NCBI GenBank assembly: GCA_047495785.1
Contig: JBLDXI010000004.1
Location: forward strand, 2,046,001-2,110,000
DNA from: Lepidodermella squamata
Lineage: Eukaryota > Animalia > Gastrotricha
DNA: 64,000 bases
Direction of reading: 5' to 3'
Part shown: one piece after another, positions 23,753 to 35,172 of the stretch
Numbering within the stretch: position 1 is the first letter of the stretch
Layout: every line of letters starts with the position of its first letter
Notes under the pieces: model-generated
The model's input: only the letters and a program-made list of their open reading frames with translations
Database searches by the model: none
Told to the model about the DNA's origin: nothing
Made by a program: the position numbers and the translations under genes

Positions 23753-26700
23753 TTTGTATCAGGATGAAAAGGTGTGAAAACGTGACGTTAATGATTAGGC
23801 TAACCTCTGCGGATTGCAGTTGCGATGGAGACAGTTCAAACAGTTGCTGAGAACGGTAGCTTGATTCTTGCCGAAATTCCTCGCAGTTCGTTCGCACATT
23901 GCCTCGGTGATGTTTACTATGGTTTCGCACGATATTTGGCAACTTGACGTTGGTGCAATTCTCAGGCTGGTCGGTGGCGTAGTCGATCCAGGCTTTGCAC
24001 TTGGTCTGGTTTGTATTCACTTTTGGGCTGTAAATAAAGCCGATATGAGCAACAATGAAACACTCTACGTGTATTATGATTCGACTCACTCGTACAAGGC
24101 CGTGTTGTTCACGCTCAAACACCTGCGTACGTACGCGAAAGCAAGTTAAAGTAGGTAAGGCATTCAGCAGGTAAAAAAGTGTGAATTCTCACCGATGGCA
24201 CAGCAGAAGCTGCTTGCCCCTGGATTCTTGAGCCAGCGACGACGAGTGATTCGAGAGATTCGATGAGCATCTCGTCCTGCAATCAAAAGTTGCAGGAAGT
24301 TACAAGAATGCTGTAAGATATAGTATTAGGATAGTATTAAAAGCAGCTCACCTAATGATGTTACTGACGGTTCTGGCGATGTTCGTGCAAACTGCAAACG
24401 TTCGATGGCTGATTTTGCATCGATGCGAAAGCAGCGAGACACACCACGGCAGTAGCCAATCTCGCGATCATAATTCAGTCGGTTGTTGTTGAACGTGCGA
24501 TGAGTGAAATGCAGAAATGTCTGCAGAGCGCCTGTATATATATTTTATAGCGATCGGTTGTAGCGAGCGGCGCGCGCCATACTCGCCGCCGAGGTCGCGG
24601 CAAACGAACGCCGGTAGACTTAGTTAGTTGAAGCTGAAGTTGAGCGTCACGAAACCTTTGTTGGCAGCAGAAATAAGTGCCCTGTGTAGTAGTAGTAGTT
24701 AAGTCGTAGTAGGAAAAGCAGTCAAATAGCCAGCAGCATCGTGTTGCGTTCTAGTCACTGGCGGCAGCTGTAAAGACGTAAAAAAATAGAGAAATTGAAC
24801 AATTAAGAGGCGTCAATTACCGGAGTCGCGCCAAGTCTAATCGAATGAACGTCCGACCATCTCTGCACTCATTGACTCAGCGGGTAGTGTGTTAGATGAT
24901 ACTTTACTATGCTATCATAACACGTGCAAACATGACACGTTGAACGAAAAAGAATGGCATCGTGATGATATTAGAACGAGAAATAACGGAATACTCACTG
25001 GCTATATAGCCATGCAGAAATAAAAATTCCGCCCGATCTTGAACCCCGAGTGAGTTTGGCGAACGAATCGAGAGGTTCCTCAGAGCGGTTCCATCAAAGC
25101 GTTCCATTAGCCGTGCGCGTGTAGGAAGAATAAATCCGACTGGAATATCCATGATCGGCTAGATCAGAAAACAGGAGAATGAAGGGCTCGAGCAAAGAGA
25201 ATGAGAAACGAAAAATTGCATTTGAAACGGCACTCGCGGCCTGCCGTCACTAGAGACGTGACGCAGGTTTAGCTAATATCTAAACATCCGAAGTCCGCAT
25301 GCAGCAAAACAAATAATTTCATGAGGTTCAAATGAATTTTTCAAATATCTTTCAGTCCTGCTCTTCTGGCAATCATAGCTAATCTGGAATCAGCCATGAA
25401 TGAACACTTTGTTGAGCTCATCAACATCAAGTCGGCGATGTGGCATCGTATGAGTGTTCAGTTTTCAATTGTTCAATTGCTTCGCGAGATTCGCGTCGCT
25501 GTTTCACGTAAAGAAGAAGAAAAAACAATGCTATTTTACAATTTTCACGCGCGTCGGTTGTAAAATTTACATTCATGAATGAAACCTAAAGAAGAAGCAG
25601 TTCATGTGCATTGTTTCTGGGGTTTCGTGATAGTCACCTAACTGAGGAAAAATGGCAAGAATATTACACTCAAGCTAAAACTTTGAAGCACAATTGATTG
25701 AAATAAATCAGGCAGAGTCAAAGATAATATGATTCAATAACCGTGTAACGGTGACGGGTTCTCGCGATCACGGGATCATGACCGACGACCCGACTTGTAT
25801 TTTAGGCAAAAACGATTCCCGACAAACTAAGAAACTAGGCGGTTTTATTATTGCTAAGGCTAGGCTAATTCATGATCACCGAAACGGTAGATGCTTATTT
25901 CAAGTAAAATTGGGCTTTTTATAGCCACTTCTAGGCTGTTTCTAGGCTGCCGCGGTGCATTCGATAGATCAGCGTCGTCCTCCTCCTCTTCACGCTCTTC
26001 GAACACGGCTTCGATCACCGATTCTTCGGATTGAATGCTCTGATAATAGTAGCAACAACAACAGATGTTATGAATGATTGTTGATTTTAAATTAGTGGGT
26101 GACCCTGATTAAAATATTATTACTAATAGCAGAATTTAGTAGACGCGTGAAAACAAAAATGATACGACGATTTCTTATAGTGATTAAATGGTTGAATCTA
26201 TGAGAAAAATCATTTGGGGCTGGTGAATCCTTATGTATGGAAATGCGTTGAACCGATTCTAAATAGCACTCACTAGAATTTAAATTTAGACTTTTGATTT
26301 TTTTGTTATCCTATGGTGTGAAAAACGCGATAATTGTACTTACTTTATCGGCCATTTTCTCTCGTTATCTCGTAAAATGTGCTCGCAAAATTTAGCTTGT
26401 CTAGAACATGAAAAAAATGCATGTGAAAATATTTTATTTGCGGTGTCGGCCATGTGATAGGGTGTGTTGGAGTTGAAAATATCTGGGGGTACTCTATTAT
26501 TGTGGCGCTCTATGAATGAATGTGAAAACCGCCCCTGCTTTCCAAGCGACATACGAAGCGATTAAAATCGTAGAGTTCGAGGCGTTTGAGCTTTTATACA
26601 GATCTGTGGCGCGCTTTTATTATTATATTGGACACGCATGCCGTGAGTGCGTTCCCCGCCGGGTGGTCACTTCACCCTGGCTCACTTGGCGTGCACGCCA

Positions 26701-27404
26701 GCCGGTAATGTTACCTTTTAATTTCGTGACTCTCATCATTCCAGATGGCTTGCCACGGCGCCCCGCGTCTACCGATTCCTTGTGAAATCATGCATAATTA
26801 CCTGTGGCGCTCCGATCTCATGATAATGTAATTATGCCAATTTATGTGTGTCAACAGCAACCAAATTGAATAAAAAAAAGGATGATTGAAAAAAAACCGT
26901 TTCACATTTAACAGCCGTAACAGCAGTATCAGCAAAAGTGGTAGCCGCATCATTCCATGTGCATATCTCTCGGATAAAAAAAAATACCGAAACAGGCAGA
27001 TGAATAGTTGTCATATTTTATTAGTCAAAGCCGCACACTGCACACTGTGACTGGAACAGAAAAAATCCGAAACACTCGGAAACCCCAGACTGTTATTACC
27101 GATCGAAAATACTGAAAAAACCCGATCTCGATTTTATTGGGATTTCCGAAAATACCGAAAAAACCGATATCGGTAAGAACGGACCTTACTCAGGTATGCA
27201 ACCGATCGGTTCCTAGAACAGAAAAATACCCGATTTCGGAAGAAAAGGGCCTTACTATTCATCAGAGATCGCTTAATCCTCAAAAGCGGACGTCGTGCAC
27301 GGTATAGAATGACTATGACGACCCCAAATCACGATTTTAAGGCGCCCGGCCGCACACGAAGAGAGCTTTGAACTAATCGATGAAATCAAGTATTATTTTT
27401 TTAT

Positions 27405-30400
27405 AGACGTGGCTATGTGAACCCAGGATTGTGTATCACGCAATGGCTATGCGTACACACTGTGTTTGCGTGATTGGCTACTTGAACACAGCGGGCGTTA
27501 ATACCTGGGTATGCGCTATTGGCTATGTAAACACACTCGTTTTTAACCGGAAAACACTATATTAACAGCGGAAACGAACCTTCTTTATTCCAAATTTTCC
27601 GCTGATTTTGTTTAGAAAAAGGTAAGACATATAAACAGAACAACACCAAAGTAAGAAAGCAGTAAAAAACTAGTTTTTGCGATTGAAGACTTTCTGCGGC
27701 TTGCCCTTCATCCGGCCAGAGTCCTTGCCTTGTTTGAATACAAGCGGCTCGCCGGGGATAAACGTCGTCACCCGCTCGACTTCCAGGAGTTCAGTTTTAA
27801 CCGCCGGCAACCGGCCACGACGTGGCGCTGATGGAAACGTAGTGAGCAAGCGATTTTTCAGGCATTGTAGAAGATGACCGCGCATCCGCGACGCCTCGAA
27901 CTGTGCGCGCCGGGGATCGTTGCCAGTTAACAACTCGACGCAATAGGCGATCGCGTATACACCGCAATCGTAGCCGTTGACTTGTTGGCTCACCGGTAAG
28001 ATGTGCACCGGAATTTCGCCATTGACGGCCGACGTTGAATAGCGCTCGGTAATTTGTCTTCGAAGCGACTCGGTGATGGGCCCTGCAAGGCTGTTCATTA
28101 ACTTGACGCCGTGCGGTAATTGACCGACTGTGATGGTTGAAGTTGCGACCCAATGGTCACTTCCGCAGTGGTGCAGCTGAACCGTCGGTGTTGTGGCCGG
28201 TGAAAATTCAAGCTGTGACAGGAGAGGCGACTCGGCATTAACGCCCGTGGGACGCATCATGTCAAACAGCTTGTTCGCAGCGTGCATGTGAATGTCAGTG
28301 AGGTACGCAGTAGTGAGCAACTCGTCGTAGTCGGCCGGGCGCATGCCGAGCTCGTCCGTGACCGCGCACTCGACGTCACCAGGCACCGAGGCGACCGGAA
28401 GCGGTGGCGATAGAGAGGTGGGCGCGGAGGCGGGTGAGTCGATAATCGGTGCGATAATAGCTTGTTGCTGCGGTAGCGGCTGCGGCTGTAGTTGCTGCTG
28501 TAGTTGTGGCAGTGGCTCGGGCTGTTGTTGCTGCTGTTGTTGCGGCTGTGGCTCGGGCTGTTGTTGCTGCTGTTGTTGCGGCTGTGGCTCGGATAGTTGC
28601 TGCGGTAGTGGCTGCTCTTGCCGCAAAGCCGGTTGTGTCTCCAGAGGCTGCATCGGCTGATCCTAACAAAACAGAATTCTAATAAATTCAAAATTCAATT
28701 TAAACAGAAAAACCGACCTTTTCGATTATTTCGAACGCCTTCCCAGCTCGGATGATATCAGCCAGCTTTTCAAGCTGCTTGTAGTAGCCTTCAAAAACGC
28801 GGTTAGGATGCTGAGAAGCGAGATCAGCGAGGACCAGGGTAAGTTGCGAAATTCTGCGATAACGAGCGGCGTTGTCGGCCGGCTTCCTCGACTTCACGGC
28901 GAAAGTTTCAGTAAACTTGTAGGCCGCAAACTGCTCTTCGAAATCCGCTTCAACGAAACTTCCCGGCGTCGTGTCCTCAGTGGCCCGGGCGTTGTTGAGG
29001 CGAATGAAGTCGTTGAAGTAACGGCTGTGAAAGAGCCCCTTCTCGAATAGCGGCAGTTCGAACTTCGAGCGCAAGAAAACAATGTGATGACACGGCAGCG
29101 CGAGTTGAGCGAAAAAAGAACAATTGCAGCTCGTCGGCGTCGTGTTGTAGTCGACGTCGTCTCTGTCAAATTTCTCGCGCACCCCCACGCCGTGAACCAG
29201 AGAGAGGGCGCGTGTTTTGAATCGCTTGAGCGAGCCATGGTAGTGCTCGAGGGCGAAGCTGTAATGCGAAAAAGTTAAAAATCCAACTTAAAAATCCAAC
29301 TGGGAGATTCAACTTACTCGGAAATGTGGTATGATGCCTCGTCCAGTAGCTTCTCGAACTCATCGCCGCGGCGAACGGCGCGTTTGACAACGGTCTTCTC
29401 GGCCCGGCGGCGCGCAATGGAAGAGAGAAGGAAGGGAACGAAGACAGGCATCGGCGGCTTAGTCGAAAACTGCGCGCACATCTCGCCCTTGATGGAGCCG
29501 AAAAATCGCTCAACTCGACCTGTTGTATTGGTCAGCAAAATCGGGTAGGCACGACGAGCGTACAGTGCCCACATCTCAACGCAATTAAGCCAATTACGCT
29601 CGAAATAATCGGCGAGTGATTGCTCCTGCGTGCGTGCGATTTTCACCGTCACGTGCTGCGGAACTAGTGCGCGCCAGGCCTCAACAGCCTCCTTAAAGGC
29701 CTCTTCCCGCCGCGCCTTAATCAGTGCTTTTAACGCATCAAACACCTGGGTCTTGTATTCGACTAGATCGACGGCGTCGTTGTTGCGAATTGTGGCGATG
29801 ACGTTCCGCATGTACTTGAGCACGTGAAAGATGCACAACAGGATGACGCAGCCGGGGAACAACTCGCGCAAGAGATCGATTTGGTCGAAGTCCTTGTCTA
29901 CCATGAAGAACCACGGGCCGGCGCCGTAAATCGCCTTGAACTCTTGCAACATTGCCTTGACGTTGTGCTGGCGTTCGTCGGCGAGGAGAGAGACGGCCGC
30001 AACCCGGGTGCTTCCGGTCAGCGGGCAGAGGTAGACAAAAGTGCACAACTTGTACTTCTCGACGTTGGTCTTAAAGGTGGTGTCGAGCAAAATACATGAC
30101 GGCTTGAACTTATTGACGTCGTTAACCATCTGATTTGTTGCGATAAACAACATATCGACGTTGCCCTTGTCGTCGCGGGCGGTGCGCACAACGCCATCGC
30201 CCTCGTTAACGGCGGCCAGGGTCTCATCGAGGACACGCGCGTTCTCCTCGGGGCTGAGCCGGTGTTTCTGCGAAAAAACGAACCGCGGTAAGATAATCGG
30301 TAAAATGGGTAATAACAAAGTCTAATTACCTGGGCTAAATTGTGAAGTTGCTTTGCAGTAATCACCTTGTTAGTCGCATTGCTCAGATGGTGCGCAACGG

Positions 30401-31118
30401 TCGACACCTTGGCGTTGTTGTGCAAATGGGACAGGACTTCAGCTTCCTGCTGCGGGTCGAGGCGGCGATTGAAGGAATACATGGCCCATCGCTCGTCGGT
30501 CAAGTCGTGGTTATGGAACCGCACGACTTGCGTGATCTTGACGACGCCCGACTTGTTGACGGTGCCGAGGATTTTCGCTGGGCAGCCGGTGAAGCCCAAG
30601 TGTTGATTCGGCCGATCGCCTGACGTGATGTTTTCCTTGTGACGGTAGCCATGAGTGCAGAGGATTCTCACCGAGTTGGTGTCGGAACTCGGAACTGCGG
30701 CAGACATAGGGCTCGCGTACTTCGTCTCGAAATGTAAGCAAATGCTTATAAACGAGGTCGTGGCGCGACTGAAAACGGTCGCCCACCTTAATATCCTTGA
30801 TAATATCGGACTGACTGGTAATAACTGACTCGGACATGGTAAGTTTTATGGTTAACATGACCCTGTTTTACCAGCATTTATAGCCTATGGTCCACAATGA
30901 GTCTTCCGCTTTCAATAATCACCTCATTATTACCGATTAAGTGAAAAACCTGTAGTTACCGGGGTCGGTACGCTTAGCCGTTTCCGCACACACAGTGGGT
31001 GTGTTCAAGTAGCCAATCACGCAAACACACTGTGTTCAAGTAGCCATTACGCCACACACATTGGGTACGCATAGCCATTGCGTGACACACACTTTACTGG
31101 GTTCACATAGCCACGTCC
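27405..31118 (-). mobile_element. Mutator/MULE DNA transposon
   Basis: TIRs GACGTGGCTATGTGAACCCAG / CTGGGTTCACATAGCCACGTC, 9-bp TSD TTTTTTTAT. Confidence 0.93.
27670..30837 (-). CDS. MULE transposase (FAR1-like DBD, DDE, SWIM) fused to a Q/P linker and Ulp1-like C48 protease; three short introns; one frameshift
   Basis: TGCPA..HNH; LLDTTFKTN, MVDKD, LCIFH, VERFF; CNC..LPCHH; HWV..QVNGYDCG; introns near 30300, 29290 and 28690; TCGGAAC duplicated at 30682-30695 breaks the frame. Confidence 0.85.
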
Positions 31119-31356
31119 TTTTTTTATCTGTGTCTGTGTCTTCAATTTTCACTGATTTTTATGAAATTTCCCTAATTTTCCTACAATTTTCAATTTGTTT
31201 CCAAAGTATAAAAGAAAGAAGAAAGCCATGTATATTCACAGATTTGTTCATTTCTAGCGCGCACCTTTGATACCACTATTCTATCCGATTGCTTCAAGAT
31301 AGCGACGATAATTATTAAATGACGGCGCGCGCTCGCGCTCTTCATTTGACAACAGT

Positions 31357-31953
31357 GGGGGTTATTTTCGAAGCCGTCTTTATCGATAAAGTCGGTTTTA
31401 TCCCATAAAGTCGGCTTTATCTGCGGACGATAAAGCCGACATTATTGTTAAAGTCAACTCTAAGGGGTAGCATTTTCGAAGCCGTCTTTTGCTAAAGTCG
31501 GCTTTATTGCGTCAAGTCAGCTTTGCCATGATATATCGTATAAATTAATGAATGACGGTATCTTAAATCGCTCATCATTAGCCATGACCTACTTTTTGCC
31601 AGCATTTTTGTGTTGATAAATCATAAAAAAACGACAACGCACAAGAGCTCTTAGGGTAAAATCACACGTCTGGGGACAAAAATATGCCGATAAAGCCGAT
31701 TTTAAGGCGATAAAGACGAGGATGGTCGTCTTTATCGGCTCTAGTACATTTCTATATGCAGGGTAAAGGCGACTTTTCACGAAAAAAGTCAGCTTTATGT
31801 TCGAAAATCACGTTGCCGATAAAGCTAGCTCTATGTCTATCAAATAAACTAGCTGAGATCAGCTAACTTTAGCTAAAGTCGACTTTAGGAGATAAAGCCG
31901 ACTTTAGCGATAGAGTCGATTTTATCATAAAGACAGCTTCGAAAATAACCCCC
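31357..31953. mobile_element. PIF/Harbinger-like MITE with internal palindromic ATAAAGTCGGCTTTAT repeats
   Basis: TIR GGGGGTTATTTTCGAAGC / GCTTCGAAAATAACCCCC, TSD AGT. Confidence 0.85.
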
Positions 31954-32786
31954 AGTGTCGTTATAAAGTTGTCTTTGTTCCTCCCGGCTATGAAAAAACC
32001 CTCACCTTTCGACAGTGTCGTTGTATCTGAAATACAACGACATGTCGTTATAGCAAAAAAATACATCGACATGTCGTATTAAGCGCGGTAATACGGTAAC
32101 TCTGAAACCAAGAGTTTGACAGTGTTGTTTTGAAAAATTAATCTTGGGCCTGCAAGAATTATTGCAATTATTCGATGTGTTCCAAATGTTAGTTATGAGC
32201 TGTTGATCGATAACCTCATGAATAATACTCAGGAATAATGTTGTTCAAGTTGATAATATCGTAAGAAGTATTTAGAAATACACTTTGTAATTAGCATTTG
32301 TGCATTTTTATCATACAGTGGCGCGCCTTATTTCTGTAGCCGTCAGGTCATTCCAGATAATAAGTTGCTACTCGATGACCTTATGCTTGAATAAAGTGAA
32401 TGCAGGAAGATGTATCGGGAATAATGAAAGCCGTTTATTTCTTTCGAAACAACATCCAGTATAGTCTAGTAAGAGCAATTTTGCAAAAGATATATTTTTT
32501 CGCTATATCTGTTAATTTGCATTTAAGCTCCATCGAATTCGGCTCACAAGAAAGGAAAATGCAAGTTTTGCAGCCTTGTTTATAACCCTGGGCAATCTGA
32601 TGTTGGCTGGAATACTATACGATAGCTTACGAACACGAACTCGGCTACGTCTATTACCGAAAAACATAGGGTGTTACAACAACATAGAGGCCGGCCGATT
32701 CACCGAAAAGTGAACAAAAAGTTACATTTCCAACTTGGTAAACATTCCGGAACAGAAATGTGATTAGTCTGCGTGATTCATTGGTT

Positions 32787-33659
32787 TCAACACGTTGACT
32801 TCGCTCGACTTGCTCCTCTCGACCTTAGCAAATCGGCCACATCGGTCTTGTTGTAGCAAATCGCTAAATCAAGAGCTGTTTCGCCATTAGCATTAGTGAC
32901 ATCCTTATTTGCACCTCTATCCAGCAACAGTTGTACTACTTCGATGTGCCCACTATCAGCCGCCCACATCAACGCCGTCCAGCCATTGCTATTCTTGGCC
33001 TCGATTGCAGCCCCGCGATCCAGCAACAGTCGAGCTACTTCGACTCGCCCAAAAGTAGCCGCCCACATCAACGCCGTCAAGCCAGTGTTATCCTTTGCCT
33101 CGACGTCAGCGTTGCGATCCAGTAACAGTCGAGCTACTTCGACTTGCCCATTAGCAGCCGCCCACATCAACGCCGTCCAGCCAGTGTAGGACTTGGCCTC
33201 GATGGCAGCGTTGCGATCCAGTAACAGTCGAGCTACTTCGACTTGCCCATTAATAGCCGCCAACATCAACGCCGTCTGGACATATTTATCCTTGGCCTCG
33301 ATGGCAGCGTTGCGATCCAGTAACAGTCGAGCTACTTCGACTTGCCCATTAGCAGCCGCATACATCAACGCTGTCATGTTATAGTCATTTTCCTTTAAAT
33401 TCACATCGGCTCCACGATCGACAAACAGCTGAGCGATCTGCAATAGCTGGTCGAATAGTGTCTGATTGCACGTAACACTGTGCAGTAGGGTGCCATTTGA
33501 CGTAGTCCAACCACCACAGTCAATCTGCATTGCGTTGCGCCAGTTCGGGTCGAATTTGCCGCCTGTGGATTCGTCGATCTCCGCAACGAGTTGCCGCACC
33601 TGTGCCACGTCGGCAGTGTTACTTGTCACAATCCACAACTGTTCATACACCTCGCGGAC
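32787..33659 (-). CDS. Ankyrin-repeat protein (last exon; start exon unresolved)
   Basis: About six 33-aa repeats TALMxAAxNGxVEVARLLLDRxAxIEAK; splice acceptor near 33660. Confidence 0.88.
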   Translation of the reverse strand, partial: VREVYEQLWIVTSNTADVAQVRQLVAEIDESTGGKFDPNWRNAMQIDCGGWTTSNGTLLHSVTCNQTLFDQLLQIAQLFVDRGADVNLKENDYNMTALMYAAANGQVEVARLLLDRNAAIEAKDKYVQTALMLAAINGQVEVARLLLDRNAAIEAKSYTGWTALMWAAANGQVEVARLLLDRNADVEAKDNTGLTALMWAATFGRVEVARLLLDRGAAIEAKNSNGWTALMWAADSGHIEVVQLLLDRGANKDVTNANGETALDLAICYNKTDVADLLRSRGASRAKSTC

Positions 33660-35172
33660 CTAAACGTAACAAAGAACAAAAAGAAATTGAAATCTCTATA
33701 GATCCTGACTAGTTGAGAAAACCTGACGCTGAAAACGCACCAAGTATTTCTTTGCAATCAAGCAAAAAGTAACTACCTACAACTAACGACAATATATTTA
33801 CAGCTTGGAAGAGAAGGAAGGTTCTGGCACATAACAACAATAAAATATGACAGGGTAGTTGTTGGAGATGATGAGTGCGATGATGAGTGCGCCGCTGATG
33901 ACATCGGACGAGCGAACGCTGAATTTACAGCTGAAAGAGGAACGATCGGAGAAGAAATGAGACGCACGCCAAGAAAAGGGCCGATATTCAATTGTTTGCT
34001 CTTTTAGAAACAGGCAACAGTTGACGCTTGATTATTATTCCGCAACCCCATGTTCTATTTGACTGACTGAAATAACTTATTGGCGTGCGTCTCAAATAAT
34101 GACTCTTAAATTGTCGCCATGAACCATAAATTCAATTTGTTCAAATGCCGGGTGAAACTCGGTTCTGCACAGTCAGAAATGTCCGTGTGTCTGTACGTCC
34201 ACGGTGAAGCCGCGCACTTGATCTGCACTTGACCAGCACACCTTCAATGATATGCCGTGAACGCACGAGCAAAATATAAAGCGATGAGTAGGCACATTTA
34301 TTTATCCGATTGCTCGAGAACAAGCATGAATTTTCGATGCAATTTTTCGGCTATTGACGGGTCTAATCCGCGGTTAAAATTCTCTATAAGATTCTCTAGA
34401 TAGGTACATAGAGATAAAAGATTGAGATAAAAGTTCAGTTTTTAGGAATGTTTCTAGGCCTTCATTCAGTTGTTAAGCTTTGCAACTGAGAACCTCTCAG
34501 TCGGAAAACGTAATTTTCGTAGATTTCACCATAAATTAATGAGAACCCCTCTTTTGCGATTATTTCGAGTTCACCTTAAAAGTTAAATGGTAAAAGCAAG
34601 GTGAATTGGTAAAGGGCGTTCAGAACTATTCTTTGAAAATTTCTCGCGTCGCTCGGGGTATGGTGACAACATTCCGAAATTTGGAATTTTTTGTAAAATG
34701 CTATGCTTTTCCTAAGGTTAACTCCAGCTATGGTTTTTAAGAAAATTTTAAAACAAAATTCAATTAAAAAAGAATTTTTGCCTCAAGCACCCTCTATTCA
34801 AAATAATTATCTGGAAATTGACTTTGATCATGGCCTCGCCGTGTATAGTTGGGCAATCTTGGTATAGGATAGATGGTAACGAACCGCGAAACGCGAAACG
34901 CGCGGAAAGAAGGCATGAGAGCTATCAAAAATCAATCAGAGACAATTTTATCACTTATATCAAAAGTTTCTCAAGCACTGAGGGAAATGGTAAAAAATTA
35001 TTTTTTTCTTCTCTGACAATTTTTCTACCTTTTAAAAAATTTGCGCGCGTTCGCAGTCACGTGAGCTGAACAATGCGAGTGCCCTGCTGCGCCACTCAGC
35101 CTCTGTGCAACGATAGTGCGCGCTGATTGAGGGCAGTGCTCACTCCGTTGCTATTCCTCTATGCTGATTTCA

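Larger units (their letters stand above)
21994..24471 (-). pseudogene. Pseudogene copy of the secreted 14-Cys protein gene
   Basis: Same exons as 51812-52671 but with a 7-bp duplication (24386-24399), a 14-bp deletion (~23930), a 2-bp insertion (~22130) and a ~1.6-kb intronic insertion. Confidence 0.8.
750..25741 (+). repeat. Segmental duplication copy A (TE-expanded, partly decayed)
   Basis: Collinear with 43290-54042 in gene order, introns and intergenic DNA; similarity ends at GATAATATGATTCAATAAC in both copies. Confidence 0.95.

Noticed and set aside
25744-26100. TGTAAC start at the duplication breakpoint, a possible LTR
   Set aside because: No second copy, PBS, TSD or matching end was identified.
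28343-28660. Metallothionein-like ORF CCCCCCGCGSG
   Set aside because: It is the antisense reading of the polyQ/P linker of the MULE gene.
31380-31930. Short palindromic repeats resembling a CRISPR array
   Set aside because: Irregular spacing, no unique fixed-length spacers, and they lie inside a TIR/TSD-bounded MITE in eukaryotic DNA.
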